Assembly (NCBI GenBank): GCA_043808325.1
Contig: JAZDEY010000035.1
Coordinates: 2,853 to 66,852 of the forward strand
Origin: Candidatus Eiseniibacteriota bacterium
Lineage (GTDB): Bacteria; Arandabacterota; Arandabacteria; Arandabacterales; Arandabacteraceae
Direction: 5' to 3'
DNA: 64,000 nucleotides
Positions 61,999 to 64,000 of this stretch are shown here, in pieces; position 1 is the stretch's first letter; every line of letters begins with the position of its first letter. The notes under the pieces were generated by a model that had not been told where the DNA came from, did not search any database, and saw nothing but the letters and a program-made list of their open reading frames with translations. The translations under genes and the position numbers were made by a program.

Positions 61999-63444
61999 AT
62001 GGCCAGGCGCAAACTCGTCTCCACGGTTGCAGCGCTTCTCGTACTCCTTCTGATCTCGCTCTCGTGTGCCATCAATCCGGTCACCGGCAAGAAGGAATTG
62101 ATGCTGGTTACGGAGAAGGACGAAATCGCCCTTGGAAAGCAGGCCGATCAGGAAATCGGCCAGACCTACGGCATCTACGAAAACTCAGCGTTGGCGAATT
62201 ACGTCAATCGGGCGGGTCAGAGCATATCCAAGACAACGCAGCGGCCGAATATCGAATATCATTTCCAGGTGCTGGACTCGCCGGTGATCAATGCTTTTGC
62301 CGGGCCGGGTGGATACATTTACGTGACACGTGGCATTATGGCTTACTTTACCGACGAGGCCGAACTGGCCGGGGTCCTCGGACACGAACTCGGCCATGCG
62401 AACGCCAGGCACATAGCCCAGCAGATGAGCCGAATGCAGCTTACCCAGCTCGGACTCGGCGTCGGCATGATCCTTTCTGAGGATTTCAGGAAATACGCCG
62501 GCCTGGCCCAGTTCGGCGTGAGCATGCTGTTTCTCAAGTTCAGCCGGGACGACGAGCGCCAGGCGGATGACCTCGGAGTCGAATACGCCAGCAAGTCGGG
62601 TTACGACACTAATCGGATGGCCGCGTTTTTCCAGACCTTGGAAAGAGTCAATCTGGGCGGTAGCAGCGGCCTGCCGGATTGGTTTTCAACCCATCCGAAT
62701 CCGGAGAACCGAGTTGCGGCGGTCATTAATATGACCGCGGAATGGCGCCAGAAACTCAGCCGGACTCAGTACACGGTAAAGCGTGACGATTACCTGAAAA
62801 TGGTTGACGGACTCATATACGGTGACGACCCGCGCCAGGGATACGCGGAAGACAATGTGTTTTACCATCCGACTATGAAATTCACCATCCCGATTCCGAG
62901 CGGCTGGCAGGTCAGCAACACGCCCGCACAGGTCCGAATGGTCTCGGACAAACAGGACGCCGTCATTCTGCTTATGCTGGACGATTCCCGCTCGATCTCT
63001 AAGGCGGCAGATCGATTTGTGCAAAACGCCAATGCCGCCGTGCAGTCCAGGGAAAAGCTGGTTGTCAACGGACTTCAAGCTGAAAAAGTCGTTGCGCGGC
63101 TGGTATCCGAGCAAGACACACTTCAGACCATGTCCTACTTCATTGCCAAAGGAGGAGCTATTTATGCTCTTCATGGACTGACCGGACGAAACACATTCTC
63201 ACAATACTCGCCTACGTTTTCCCGAACATTCGGGGGGTTCAGGAATCTGGACGATCCTTCGAAAATCAATGTGCGACCCGATAGGCTCGCTGTCAAATCG
63301 GTCAGCAAGGCCGGCAGTTTGAGAACGATCTTGAAGCAATTCGGTACGCCGGACAGCGAACTCGAGAATCTGGCCGTTCTAAATGGGATGCAGCTGGAAG
63401 ACAATGTGAGCACGGGAACCTTGATAAAAACTGTGGTGAAGTGA
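61999..63444 (+). CDS. M48-family Zn metallopeptidase (BepA/YcaL-like), periplasmic
   Basis: HELGH zinc motif. Signal or lipobox ISLSC. RBS gggaggg. Confidence 0.75.
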   Translation: MARRKLVSTVAALLVLLLISLSCAINPVTGKKELMLVTEKDEIALGKQADQEIGQTYGIYENSALANYVNRAGQSISKTTQRPNIEYHFQVLDSPVINAFAGPGGYIYVTRGIMAYFTDEAELAGVLGHELGHANARHIAQQMSRMQLTQLGLGVGMILSEDFRKYAGLAQFGVSMLFLKFSRDDERQADDLGVEYASKSGYDTNRMAAFFQTLERVNLGGSSGLPDWFSTHPNPENRVAAVINMTAEWRQKLSRTQYTVKRDDYLKMVDGLIYGDDPRQGYAEDNVFYHPTMKFTIPIPSGWQVSNTPAQVRMVSDKQDAVILLMLDDSRSISKAADRFVQNANAAVQSREKLVVNGLQAEKVVARLVSEQDTLQTMSYFIAKGGAIYALHGLTGRNTFSQYSPTFSRTFGGFRNLDDPSKINVRPDRLAVKSVSKAGSLRTILKQFGTPDSELENLAVLNGMQLEDNVSTGTLIKTVVK

Positions 63445-63845
63445 TCTCACTTAGTCGCCGGGGTGGTCGTGCGGGCACATTCGGACGCGGTTCACGATAA
63501 CGGGATTCGGAGAGGCCCAGCCCATTGCGAGCAACGACACCGCTGAAGGCCAGCAGCTCAATCGCCGGGTCGAAGCTGCAATCTATGCAAATGCTAAGAT
63601 AAAGGAAGTCGCCACGGAAAAGACCCGGGGCTAGACCGATCGGAATCGAGCCTTACGGTATGAACGGGGGTGTCGGCGACCTCGGCCGATGGATTCTCCG
63701 GGGCATAGGTTACGGAAATGAAGTCTTCACGGGCACCCAAACCGGACAACACTCTGAAAGGAGGGTAGAAGCGTTGTTACGGTACAGGTGGCTGATTGAT
63801 TCTGTGTTAAACCGTGCATCACACCACGAAAGGGGCGCAGCAGAT

Positions 63846-64000
63846 ATGTTAACACGAGCAGGGTTACTAGCTATCGTCATGATGTGTGTCCTGGTTTATG
63901 CGGGAATTGCGGTAGGACAAGACAATCTTCAGACGTACTTCAACGACACCGCATGCAAAGTGAAGGCAACGGCCGACCCGTCGCAGAAGCGTGCAATCCT
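63846..64000 (+). CDS. Hypothetical secreted protein, 5' part only; runs off the window
   Basis: RBS aaagggg. N-terminal signal peptide LLAIVMMCVLVYAGIAVGQD. Confidence 0.35.
   Translation, partial: MLTRAGLLAIVMMCVLVYAGIAVGQDNLQTYFNDTACKVKATADPSQKRAI

Noticed and set aside
63445-63540. GCCGGGGTGGTCGTGCGGG... stretch as a possible tRNA
   Set aside because: No complementary acceptor 3' arm or CCA-proximal pairing, and no T-loop GTTC consensus.

Overview
High-GC (~62%) chromosomal segment from a diderm (Gram-negative) bacterium, probably an uncultivated lineage. Envelope proteins carry T9SS-type C-terminal sorting domains and a Bat/MoxR module is present. The window contains the chromosomal replication origin neighbourhood: rpmH-rnpA-yidD-yidC-jag-mnmE-mnmG-rsmG-parA-parB on the minus strand, and dnaA-dnaN-recF-DUF721(DciA-like)-gyrB on the plus strand, with DnaA-box clusters on both sides of dnaA. 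There is a long housekeeping block on the minus strand: tatD, metG, a PSP1/RicT protein, envC-ftsX-ftsE, pdxA, an S4 protein, two surA-like genes, mfd, and MoxR-DUF58-BatA-like. The first 5 kb is an accessory region. It holds an IS630 transposase with an A8 programmed-frameshift site, then a tandem array (A-B-spacer-A-B-spacer-A) of diverged paralogous two-gene cassettes. Each cassette encodes a glycine-zipper membrane protein plus a Cys-containing signal-peptide protein. The cassettes are separated by a ~630-nt spacer that is far better conserved than the coding sequence; this is the most unusual structure in the window. Other accessory content: a 1568-aa HYR/DUF11 surface protein with a T9SS C-terminal domain, a compact rve-type IS with complex subterminal repeats, an alginate-export porin convergent with a GT39 glycosyltransferase, a bactofilin-M23 peptidase pair, a relic sigma-54 activator fragment, a Met-rich secreted protein, and a cluster of small envelope proteins. 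Two genes fall below the ORF-track threshold: a DUF1328-like 49-aa membrane protein and rpmH. Family names are my recognition of motifs; nothing was searched against a database.
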